Positions 8,149-15,790 of a DNA stretch of 50,727 nt are shown here, in pieces. Each line of letters opens with the position of its first letter. The stretch's first letter is position 1. The notes under the pieces were generated by a model. That model searched no databases. It was not told the DNA's origin and was given only the letters and a program-made list of their open reading frames with translations. The position numbers and the translations under genes are program-made. Source of the stretch: an uncultured Anaerolineales bacterium (GTDB lineage: Bacteria; Planctomycetota; Phycisphaerae; FEN-1346); contig CAYTJE010000002.1 of NCBI GenBank assembly GCA_964437855.1, forward strand, positions 1 through 50,727, given 5' to 3'.

Positions 8149-10701
8149 ATGGACCTCGTGCGGTTCACCAACCCTGCGGTGCTGCTGCTGGCCGTACCCC
8201 TCTGGGCCGTCCTGGCCTGGGCCGCCCTCCGGCGTCCCCGCCGCCCCGGCGCCGCCCTGCGCGCCGGGCTGGGCGCGCCGGCCGTCGCCCTGCTCCTGGT
8301 GGGCCTGGCGGGACCGTCTGTCCGCCTCGGCCGGCGCGGCCGGTGCCCGGTCGCCGTCGCCCTGGACGCATCGTCCAGCCTCCGGACGGCCCTCGGCCAG
8401 ACGGACCCCGTCCGCGTCCTGGCCCCATGGACCGCGCGGGTCCCGGGGCTTGTGGTGCCGTTCGGTGACGGGTCGGCCACGGACATCGCCGCCGGCCTCC
8501 GCCGGGCCGCCGCCGCACTGCCGCAGGGCCGGGGCGCCATCCTCCTTTACACCGACGGCCGGGAAACGGCCGGCGACGCCGCCGTCGAGGCGGCTCGCCT
8601 GGCGGCCGCCGGCATCACCGTCCACGCCGTCGACCCCCGCCTGCCCGTCCGCGATGCCGCCATCGTCTCGGTCGAGACGACGCCCTCGCCGGACCCGGAC
8701 CGCCCGCTGCGCCTGACGGTCCGCCTGGCCGCTACCGCCGGTGGCCGCGCGGACGCCCCGCCGATGGCCGCGACCCTTCACCTGACACGTGCGGCCGTCG
8801 GCGGCGAGGCGGCCCGGGCGTGGGACCGCTCCGTCACCCTCTCGGCCGACACGGGCGCCACCGTCCGGTTCACCGACGGTCCGCTCCCGGCCGGCCGATA
8901 CCGCTACGACCTCCGCCTCCGGGCCCAAAGGGAGCCGATCCATTCGGATCCCGTTGGGAACGGAGCCGACCCGGACGCCTGCGAGCCGAACAACCACGCC
9001 CACTGCACCGTCACCGTGGGGGGCCACCGGCCCGTCTACTACGTCCACGCCGGCGAGGCGCCGGGGCCACTGCTCCAGGCGCTGGAGCGGGTCGCGCCGG
9101 CCGGCATCCGCCTCGTTCCATGGGCCCTCGCCGGCGGTCCGCCGCCGGCCGACGCCCATGCCGTGATCCTGGAGAACGTCCCCGCGTGGTCCCTGGGCCG
9201 GCGCGGCGCCGACCGCCTGGCCCGCACGGTCACGGACGCCGGGCTGGGCCTGTGGGCTGTGGGCGGCGACGCCGCCTTCGCGGCCGGCGCTTACGCCGAC
9301 TCGCCCCTGGAAGCCATCCTGCCCGTCACCAGCCGCCTCGGCGAGCGGCCAAGGCTGGACCTCGTCCTCGTCCTGGACGCCAGCGGCTCGATGAACGAGA
9401 CGGTCGGGGGGACGCAGAAACTCGCCCTGGCCAAGCGGGCCGTCCTGGCGCTGCGGCCGGCGCTCGGCCCCGGCGACCGGGTCGGCGTGGTGGCCTTCGC
9501 CGGCCGGGCCGACGTCGTCTCTCCGCCGGTGCCCCTGGAGGAGTGGGGCGGGCTTCGGCGTCGGCTGCTGGCCCTGGAGGCGGGCGGCGGCACGCGAATC
9601 ACCCCCGCCCTCCTGGCCGCCGCTGGCCAGTTCCCGGACAAGGCGGAGCCGGCCGAGACGACCGTCCGCCACGTCCTGCTCCTGAGCGACGGCCGGAGCG
9701 AGGATTTCGACGTCGACCGCCTCCTCGCCCTGGCCCGGAGCCGCCACGTGAGCCTCTCGGCCGTCGCAACCGGTGACGAGGCGAGGCGGGACCGCCTGGG
9801 CCGGCTCGCCTCCGGCACCGGCGGCCGGCTCTACGACGCCGTCGACCCGGCCCGCCTCACCGAGACGTTTCTGAAGGACCTGGTCCGCGTACGCGGCGAG
9901 GGCCTGCGCGACGGCCCGCGCGCCGCCCGCTGGGGCCGGCCCGAGCCGGTCTGGCCTGCCGCGGCGCCTCCCCTGCCGGCCGTCCCCGCCTGGAACCAGA
10001 CCCGCGCCAAGGACGGGGCCGCCGTCCACTGGGCGACCGGTTCGCCCGAGACCGACTCGGACGCCTGGCCGCTGCTCGCCACGTGGCGCCGCGGCCTGGG
10101 AAAGGTGGCGGCCATGCCGTGGCCCGCCGGGACGGCGCCGGAGGCGTGGTTCGAGGGACCGGCGGCCGAGGGGCGGTTCGCTCCCCTGCTCGCCTGGCTG
10201 GCCGCAGGGGCCGGCCCGCGGACCTGGTCGGCCCGGACGGTGCGCCAAGCGGCCCGGTGGCTCGTTCGCGTGCGGGAGGACGCAGGCTCGCTCGGGGCCT
10301 CCGGCTCAGCGTTTGCGGCATCGGTTTTGACTGAGCGGTCCTCGCCCCGCCGGGTCGGCCTGACGCAGATCCGCCCCGGGGTCCACGAAGGGGACATCGG
10401 GCCGCTCGGCCCGTCCGGCGGCACGGTGGTCGTCTATCGCGAGGGCGAGCCCGCCCGGGTCCGGCTCGCCGCGGCGGCCTTGGCGGAGGCGGAAGTGCTG
10501 CGCCTCGGCGTGGACCGCGGGCGCCTGGCCGAGATCGTCCGGGCGGGCGGCGGCCGGCTCCACGCCTCGCCGGAGTCGTTTGTCAACACGGTCCGTCAGA
10601 TCGAGATGCGCGGCTACCGTCCGATGGGCATCTGGGCGGTGGCGGCCGGGGGGCTGGTCGTGCTGCTGCTGGCGGCCCTGCGACTGCTCGGCCGGGCGTG
10701 A
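8149..10701 (+). CDS. BatA-N-terminal / von Willebrand factor A domain membrane protein
   Basis: Has MDLVRFTNPAVLLLAVPLWAVLAW (aerotolerance-regulator BatA-like N-terminus), the VWA MIDAS-like motif DLVLVLDASGSMNE, and a C-terminal TM helix GIWAVAAGGLVVLLLAAL. I prefer the ATG at 8149 over the ORF-track start at 8113 because of the promoter position. Confidence 0.8.
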   Translation: MDLVRFTNPAVLLLAVPLWAVLAWAALRRPRRPGAALRAGLGAPAVALLLVGLAGPSVRLGRRGRCPVAVALDASSSLRTALGQTDPVRVLAPWTARVPGLVVPFGDGSATDIAAGLRRAAAALPQGRGAILLYTDGRETAGDAAVEAARLAAAGITVHAVDPRLPVRDAAIVSVETTPSPDPDRPLRLTVRLAATAGGRADAPPMAATLHLTRAAVGGEAARAWDRSVTLSADTGATVRFTDGPLPAGRYRYDLRLRAQREPIHSDPVGNGADPDACEPNNHAHCTVTVGGHRPVYYVHAGEAPGPLLQALERVAPAGIRLVPWALAGGPPPADAHAVILENVPAWSLGRRGADRLARTVTDAGLGLWAVGGDAAFAAGAYADSPLEAILPVTSRLGERPRLDLVLVLDASGSMNETVGGTQKLALAKRAVLALRPALGPGDRVGVVAFAGRADVVSPPVPLEEWGGLRRRLLALEAGGGTRITPALLAAAGQFPDKAEPAETTVRHVLLLSDGRSEDFDVDRLLALARSRHVSLSAVATGDEARRDRLGRLASGTGGRLYDAVDPARLTETFLKDLVRVRGEGLRDGPRAARWGRPEPVWPAAAPPLPAVPAWNQTRAKDGAAVHWATGSPETDSDAWPLLATWRRGLGKVAAMPWPAGTAPEAWFEGPAAEGRFAPLLAWLAAGAGPRTWSARTVRQAARWLVRVREDAGSLGASGSAFAASVLTERSSPRRVGLTQIRPGVHEGDIGPLGPSGGTVVVYREGEPARVRLAAAALAEAEVLRLGVDRGRLAEIVRAGGGRLHASPESFVNTVRQIEMRGYRPMGIWAVAAGGLVVLLLAALRLLGRA

Positions 10702-10708
10702 GTCTCAT

Positions 10709-10779
10709 GCTACAACGCTACTTGGCCATGTTGCGCGGCGGGTGCGGAGACCCGCCGCGCGGGAAGGTGCGTAATAGTA
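10709..10779. repeat. REP/BIME-like unit (CTACAACGCTAC terminus plus hairpin GCGCGGCGGG-TGCGGAGA-CCCGCCGCGC)
   Basis: 28-bp palindrome at 10733-10760 with 10-bp arms. The flanking CTACAACGCTA motif recurs at 15001, 15150 and 42931. Confidence 0.7.
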
Positions 10780-11127
10780 TCAGGCCTCGGCGTCGGGCTG
10801 GAGCAGGGCCGGCGAGACGTCGCTGTCAACGACGATCACGATGACGCTCTTCCAGTCGCCGATGCTCGTGACGCGGCGGACGTAGCCCTTGAGTTTGACG
10901 CGTCGCTGCCGGGGACCGGTGGAACCCGGGCGGGGCGTCCGCATCTCGAGCCAGACGTCCATGCCCTCCGAGATGGCGGCGGGCGGCGGGCCGATGACTT
11001 TGACCCCGCAGGGAGACACGTCCGCCGAGCGTCCGCGGAACAGGATCCTGCCCCGCTCATCCCGCAGCACCGCCGGACACACGACGTCCGACCGCCGGTG
11101 ACGACGCCGGTCTTTGAGTCGCAGCAT
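10780..11127 (-). CDS. PilZ domain protein (putative c-di-GMP receptor)
   Basis: 115-aa ORF. RRRHRRSD (RxxxR) near the N-terminus and DVSPCGVKV (D/NxSxxG) match the two PilZ signature motifs. Confidence 0.75.
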   Translation of the reverse strand: MLRLKDRRRHRRSDVVCPAVLRDERGRILFRGRSADVSPCGVKVIGPPPAAISEGMDVWLEMRTPRPGSTGPRQRRVKLKGYVRRVTSIGDWKSVIVIVVDSDVSPALLQPDAEA

Positions 11128-11282
11128 GGCAACCCCCAGATTCCTCTACCGGCCGCTCGCAGCCTCGACCGCCGCTGCTTGTATCGACCCGTATTCGGAA
11201 GCGCCTTCACCGAAACCCCGGCCCGGACGGGCCACCGGCACCGCGCCGGCAGAGGGCGTGGGTCTTGCGCGCGGCTCGTACG

Positions 11283-11399
11283 TACCGCGCGGGAAACGCT
11301 ACGAATCCCGCGCGGTGGCCCTCCTGGGCCACCGCGCTATAGAACCTTGAAGCGCGGCGAAGCCGGCAGACTCACCGCGCGGGAAGTTGCGTAGTCGTA
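11283..11399. repeat. REP-like array (two GCGCGG..CCGCGC hairpins)
   Basis: Hairpins at 11310-11337 and 11352-11380, between the PilZ start and the mnmG stop. Confidence 0.65.
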
Positions 11400-13220
11400 T
11401 TAACCGGAGCCGGCGCGGCTCTCGAGGTAAACCATCAGGACGGCCTGGTCGGCCGGGCCGATGCCGGCGATGCGTCCGGCCTGGCCCAACGACCGCGGTC
11501 GGACGCGGGCGAGTTTTTCGCGGGCCTCCGTCCGCAGATGCGGAATGCGCCCGTAATCGAGGTCCGGCGGAATCGCCCGGTCCTCCATCCGCCGGGCACG
11601 CGCAATCTGCGCCTCCTGACGGGCCAGGTACCCCGCGTATTTCGTCTCGATCTCGACCTGGCGGGCGGCTTCCGGCCCGATAGCCAGGTCGGCCAGGTCC
11701 GGCACCTCCTCGGCCAGCGCCGGCCAGGTGACCTCGGGCCGGCGGAGGAGGGCCTCCAGCGTCCGGCCACCGCGGCGGACCGTGCGGAGGACGCGCCGGG
11801 CCCGGCGAATCTGCCGCTCCTTCTCCTCAACCCGCCGCCACCGCTCCCGCGGAAGGAGCCCGACCCGCCACCCCACCGGCCCCAGACGCCGGTCCGCATT
11901 GTCGTGACGAAGCACCAGGCGGTACTCCGCCAGGCTCGTGAACATCCGGTACGGTTCCTCGGTACCCTTGGTCACCAGGTCGTCGACGAGCACGCCGATG
12001 TAGGCCTGGTCCCGGCGGAAGACGACGGGCTCGCGCCCCAGGAGCCGCTGGACGGCATTGATGCCGGCCAGGACGCCCTGCCCCGCGGCCTCCTCGTAGC
12101 CGCTCGTCCCGTTGACCTGGCCCGCCAGGAACAACCCGCCCACGCGCTTCGACTCCAGCGTCGCGCGGGTCTGCGTCGGCGGAACGAAGTCGTACTCCAC
12201 GGCGTAGCCGTAGCGCAGGATCCGGGCCCCCTCCATGCCCGGTATGTGGTGGACCAGGAAGTCCTGCACGTCCTCCGGCAGGCTGGTGGCGATGCCGTTG
12301 CAGTAGACCACGTGGGTGCGGCGGCCCTCGGGCTCCAGGAACACCCGGTGGTGGTCGCGGTCCGGGAAGCGGACGACCTTCGCCTCGATGCTGGGGCAGT
12401 AGCGCGGGCCGGTGGAGCGGATTTGACCCGTGTAGATGGGAGCGCGGTCAAGGTTGGCCCGAATCCGCTCGTGGACGGCCGGGACGGTCCCCGTCAGCCA
12501 GCACGAGACGCCGTCAACGGGGGCGTCCGGCGCGTCGAAGGCGAACCGGACCGGGTCCGGGTCGCTGGGCTGCTCCCGGAGGCGCGTGTAATCGAGCGTC
12601 CGGCCGTCGACCCGCGGCGGGGTGCCGGTCTTCAAGCGACCCAGGCGCAGGCCGAGCCGTTGGAGGCTCTCCGAGAGGCGCGTGGCGGGCGGTTCCTCGA
12701 TTCGCCCGCCGGGCCAGGCCCGCTCGCCCCGGTGCAGCAGACCGCGAAGGAACGTGCCCGTGGTCAGGATGACCGCCCGCGCGGCCAGGCGGCGGCCGCT
12801 CTCGCACCGGATGCCGGCGACCTGGTCGCCCCGCACAAGGACCTCCGCCACGGTCTCCTCGAAACGGTGCAGGTTCTCCTGCCGGCCGAGGGCGTCCTGC
12901 ATGGCGCGGGCGTAGGCCCGGCGGTCGCACTGGGCCCGCGGGCCGCGGACGGCCGGCCCCTTGCTGCGGTTCAGGAGCCGATGGTGGAGGGCGGTAGCGT
13001 CGGCCGCCCGGGCCATCTCGCCGCCCAGGGCGTCGACCTCCCGAACCATCTGGCCCTTGGCCTGCCCCCCGATGGCCGGGTTGCACGACATCTCGGCCAC
13101 CCGGTCCAGGCGGATCGAGACCAGCGCGGTCCGGGCGCCCAGCCGGGCCGCGGCCAGGGCGGCCTCGCAGCCGGCGTGGCCCCCGCCGATGACCACGATG
13201 TCGAACGCCTCGTCCGTCAC
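11400..13220 (-). CDS. mnmG: tRNA uridine 5-carboxymethylaminomethyl modification enzyme MnmG (GidA)
   Basis: FDIVVIGGGHAGCEAALAAARLG FAD-binding motif, with the GidA family pattern along the full length. I prefer the GTG at 13220 (RBS GGGGGAG 8 nt upstream). The ORF-track TTG at 13256 lies inside the putative -10 box. Confidence 0.92.
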   Translation of the reverse strand: MTDEAFDIVVIGGGHAGCEAALAAARLGARTALVSIRLDRVAEMSCNPAIGGQAKGQMVREVDALGGEMARAADATALHHRLLNRSKGPAVRGPRAQCDRRAYARAMQDALGRQENLHRFEETVAEVLVRGDQVAGIRCESGRRLAARAVILTTGTFLRGLLHRGERAWPGGRIEEPPATRLSESLQRLGLRLGRLKTGTPPRVDGRTLDYTRLREQPSDPDPVRFAFDAPDAPVDGVSCWLTGTVPAVHERIRANLDRAPIYTGQIRSTGPRYCPSIEAKVVRFPDRDHHRVFLEPEGRRTHVVYCNGIATSLPEDVQDFLVHHIPGMEGARILRYGYAVEYDFVPPTQTRATLESKRVGGLFLAGQVNGTSGYEEAAGQGVLAGINAVQRLLGREPVVFRRDQAYIGVLVDDLVTKGTEEPYRMFTSLAEYRLVLRHDNADRRLGPVGWRVGLLPRERWRRVEEKERQIRRARRVLRTVRRGGRTLEALLRRPEVTWPALAEEVPDLADLAIGPEAARQVEIETKYAGYLARQEAQIARARRMEDRAIPPDLDYGRIPHLRTEAREKLARVRPRSLGQAGRIAGIGPADQAVLMVYLESRAGSG

Positions 13221-13255
13221 GGTCCGGTCTCCCCCAATGCCACCGCAACGGTGCA

Positions 13256-13284
13256 ATTATACTGAGCGTGGCGGTGTCGGCCAA
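13256..13284 (-). promoter_or_regulatory. Candidate sigma-70 promoter for mnmG (TTGGCC-N17-TATAAT)
   Basis: On the minus strand: TATAAT at 13261..13256 and TTGGCC at 13284..13279, with a 17-nt spacer. Confidence 0.4.
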
Positions 13285-13317
13285 GGCGGGGCCGTGTGGC
13301 AGTATCACGACGCCACT

Positions 13318-13338
13318 TCGCCATTCCGCGCGGCCCGT
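13318..13338. repeat. REP-like palindrome GCGCGGCCCGTACGGGCCGC
   Basis: Same GGCCCGTACGGGCC core as at 15094, 24117 and 45361. Confidence 0.6.
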
Positions 13339-13477
13339 ACGGGCCGCACGGGAAGTGGCAATGACACGGTAGGGAGAGGGCGCCCTTTCGGCATGCCGAA
13401 ATGGCAGTCGCCGGCCATCTGTACGCCCAAACGGCACATAAAACCCCGGTTTCGGGCCCGTCACGGCGGCTCATCAT

Positions 13478-13493
13478 TGGCATCCGCTTTGCA
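13478..13493 (+). promoter_or_regulatory. Sigma-54-type promoter-like element (TGGCAT-N5-TTGCA) upstream of the first hsp20
   Basis: TGGCATCCGCTTTGCA has GG and GC separated by exactly 10 nt, as in the -24/-12 consensus TGGCAC-N5-TTGCW. Lies 56 nt upstream of the ATG at 13549. No convincing -35/-10 pair is present in the same gap. Confidence 0.35.
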
Positions 13494-13548
13494 CAATACC
13501 AGGCGAAGCGTTGAACGAACCGTTGACACGAGATCAAGGAGCACGGCC

Positions 13549-14001
13549 ATGGCATTTCGAGCGTGGGTACCATCGGCGGAGCCGTTCGCCCAGTTGCAGC
13601 GCGAGATGAACCGCCTCTTCGACACGGTCTTCGGAAAGCACTTCCGTAGCGGCCGGCTGCGGTCGGCCTACGTGTACCCGGCCACGAACGTCCGGGAGAC
13701 CGACGACGCGTACGTCGTGACGGCGGAGGTGCCCGGCATGGACATGGACGACCTGGAGGTCTACGTGACCGGCGAGCAGTTGACGATCGGCGGCACCCGG
13801 AACCACCACCTGCCGACCGAAGACGTGACGCTCCACCGCCGGGAACGCGATACCGGCCGGTTCAGCCGGGCCATACCCCTGCCCGGCCCGGTCCAGGGCG
13901 AGGCCACCGAGGCGCGCCTGGTCGACGGCATCCTGACCGTCCGCATCCCGAAAAGCGAGGAAGCCAAGCCCAAACGCATCCAGGTCCAGGTCGGCCAGTA
14001 G
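13549..14001 (+). CDS. Small heat-shock protein, Hsp20/alpha-crystallin family (paralogue 1)
   Basis: 150 aa. The alpha-crystallin domain shows NVRETDDAYVVTAEVPGM .. GILTVRIPK. RBS AAGGAG. The ORF-track ORF 12961..14001 is trimmed to the ATG at 13549. Confidence 0.9.
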   Translation: MAFRAWVPSAEPFAQLQREMNRLFDTVFGKHFRSGRLRSAYVYPATNVRETDDAYVVTAEVPGMDMDDLEVYVTGEQLTIGGTRNHHLPTEDVTLHRRERDTGRFSRAIPLPGPVQGEATEARLVDGILTVRIPKSEEAKPKRIQVQVGQ

Positions 14002-14036
14002 CCGGCCCGGCCCCGAACAGAAAGGAGGACACAACG

Positions 14037-14426
14037 ATGACCAAGCCCATGGACGTTGCCGTCGAGACGAATCACGATCCGCTGGAGCCGCCCGAGAGTT
14101 ACTTCGTGCCGGCCACCGACGTGTACGAGACGGACGAGGCCCTGACCCTGGTAGCCGAGATGCCGGGCGTGGCGCCCGACGGCCTGGACGTCACCGTGGA
14201 GGACAACGTCCTGGTGATCCGCGGCCAGCCGAAGGCCGGCGAAGCCGATGCCGGCGAGGCGCTGCTGAAGGAGTTCGAGGTCGGCCCGTTTTACCGCGCG
14301 TTTCAACTGCCGGCCGATTACGACACCGAAAACATCGAGGCCAACGTCACGCAGGGACTTCTGACGCTGCGGCTGCCGAAGTCCGAGCGCCTGAAGCCCC
14401 GGCGGATCGAAGTCAAGGTCGAGTGA
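14037..14426 (+). CDS. Small heat-shock protein, Hsp20 family (paralogue 2)
   Basis: 129 aa. Shows DVYETDEALTLVAEMPGV .. GLLTLRLPK. RBS AAAGGAGG. Confidence 0.9.
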   Translation: MTKPMDVAVETNHDPLEPPESYFVPATDVYETDEALTLVAEMPGVAPDGLDVTVEDNVLVIRGQPKAGEADAGEALLKEFEVGPFYRAFQLPADYDTENIEANVTQGLLTLRLPKSERLKPRRIEVKVE

Positions 14427-14470
14427 CGTGCCCCCGGAGGCGGGGGCGAACGTGAAAGGAGGGACACCCG

Positions 14471-14923
14471 ATGGCCCTGATACCGTATCGAGGACGCACG
14501 ATGCCCGCGACGACGCTCTCGTCGCTCCGCGACGAGATGAACGACCTGCTGAACCGGTTCTGGTCGACCGCCAGCGAGCCGTTCGGCCTGGCCGAGTGGT
14601 CGCCGGCGCTGGACGTCTCCGAGACCGACGAGGCCGTGCTGGTCCACGCCGAGATTCCCGGCATCGACCCGAAGGACCTGGACATCTCGGTGGTCGGCGA
14701 CACGCTGACCCTGCGAGGCCAGAAGATCGACGAGACGGAGCAATCCGGCCGCAACTACCACCGCGTGGAGCGGCGGTACGGCTCCTTCACGCGGAGCCTG
14801 GTGCTGCCGGCCGCCGTCGACCCCGACAACGTGACCGCCACGGCCAAGGAGGGCGTGCTGGAGATCCGTCTGCCGAAGAAGGAAGAGGCCAAGGCCAGGC
14901 GGATCGAGATCAAGGGCACCTGA
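14471..14923 (+). CDS. Small heat-shock protein, Hsp20 family (paralogue 3)
   Basis: 150 aa. Shows DVSETDEAVLVHAEIPGI .. GVLEIRLPK. RBS AAAGGAGGG. Confidence 0.9.
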   Translation: MALIPYRGRTMPATTLSSLRDEMNDLLNRFWSTASEPFGLAEWSPALDVSETDEAVLVHAEIPGIDPKDLDISVVGDTLTLRGQKIDETEQSGRNYHRVERRYGSFTRSLVLPAAVDPDNVTATAKEGVLEIRLPKKEEAKARRIEIKGT

Positions 14924-15000
14924 CCGGCCGCCAACCGGCCGGACGCGACGAACCGGGCCTGCGGCGCGCGAGGTGCGCCCGCCCGGTTCGGCTATCTAAT

Positions 15001-15268
15001 GCTACAACGCTACAAAGGGATTCCGCGCGGTGGCCTCGGCATACGCCTCCGTCTGGACCGGCCCACCGCGCTGGAAACGCCTATCCTGGCCCTGTGCGGC
15101 CCGTACGGGCCGCGCGGGAAGTTGCTTTGATCCAACGTGAACCACGAGCACTACAACGCTAAGTCGGCATTTGGCGCGGTGGGTCTCCGCACCCACCGCG
15201 CTCGAAACGCCCTTTGCAGCGCTGCGCGGCGGGTACGGAGACCCGCCGCGCTCGAGTTAGCGTTGTAG
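15001..15268. repeat. BIME-like array of four palindromic units with CTACAACGCTAA / TTAGCGTTGTAG inverted termini
   Basis: Hairpins at 15025-15071, 15094-15115, 15174-15201 and 15224-15251. The 12-bp inverted termini at 15150-15161 and 15257-15268 enclose the last two hairpins. Confidence 0.75.
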
Positions 15269-15349
15269 TACTAGGTGGGCCGTTGCGTGCGGCGGGGCGG
15301 CCTCGTATGATAGAGGCAGCAGCCTTCCGCCCGTGTAAAGGAGCGGCTC

Positions 15350-15760
15350 ATGCGTACGAGGATTGCGGCCCAGTCTCGCGGCGACCTGGGGCACCTGGCC
15401 CGCCACATGACCGACCTGATGCACCGGGTCCTGCACGTCCGCTGCCCGTCGTCCGGCGAGAAGCCGGCCGACTGGGTCCCCGCCATCGACGTCTGCGAGA
15501 TCGACGACCACTACGAGGTCATCGTCGAACTGGCCGGCGTCCGGCGCGACGACATCGAGGTCTACACCGAGGGGGGGCACCTGGTCGTGACGGGCTGGCG
15601 TCACGACCCGACCTCGCCGGAGAAGATCGGGTGGCACCAGATGGAGATCGAGGAAGGTCAGTTCCGCCGTCGTATCGCCCTGCCGCAGAACATTGACGAA
15701 GACCGAATCGCCGCCCGGTTCCGCGACGGGCTGCTGCGAATCCGACTTCCCAAGGCGTAA
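15350..15760 (+). CDS. Small heat-shock protein, Hsp20 family (paralogue 4, divergent)
   Basis: 136 aa. Shows DVCEIDDHYEVIVELAGV .. GLLRIRLPK. RBS AAAGGAG. Lies 30 nt upstream of lon. Confidence 0.85.
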   Translation: MRTRIAAQSRGDLGHLARHMTDLMHRVLHVRCPSSGEKPADWVPAIDVCEIDDHYEVIVELAGVRRDDIEVYTEGGHLVVTGWRHDPTSPEKIGWHQMEIEEGQFRRRIALPQNIDEDRIAARFRDGLLRIRLPKA

Positions 15761-15790
15761 CGCGGAGGCGGCTGCGCCGGAGGGCCCGCC

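Noticed and set aside
13511-13528. TTGAAC / TTGACA repeats upstream of hsp20 considered as sigma-70 -35 boxes or as CIRCE/HAIR operators
   Set aside because: No acceptable -10 hexamer lies 16-19 nt downstream of either repeat, because the RBS and ATG occupy that space. The sequence does not match CIRCE (TTAGCACTC-N9-GAGTGCTAA) or HAIR (CTTGAGT-N7-ACTCAAG).
14924-14990. GC-rich hairpins after the third hsp20 (CCGGCC..GGCCGG and CGAACCGGG..CCCGGTTCG) considered as an intrinsic terminator
   Set aside because: The stems are plausible, but no U-run follows. I cannot distinguish them from the surrounding REP-type palindromes without 3'-end data.
15001-15268. Clustered repeats considered as possible CRISPR arrays (also 44250-44540)
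   Set aside because: The repeats are self-complementary hairpins of varying type and orientation with irregular spacing. They are not a single direct repeat with uniform spacers, and no cas genes are present.
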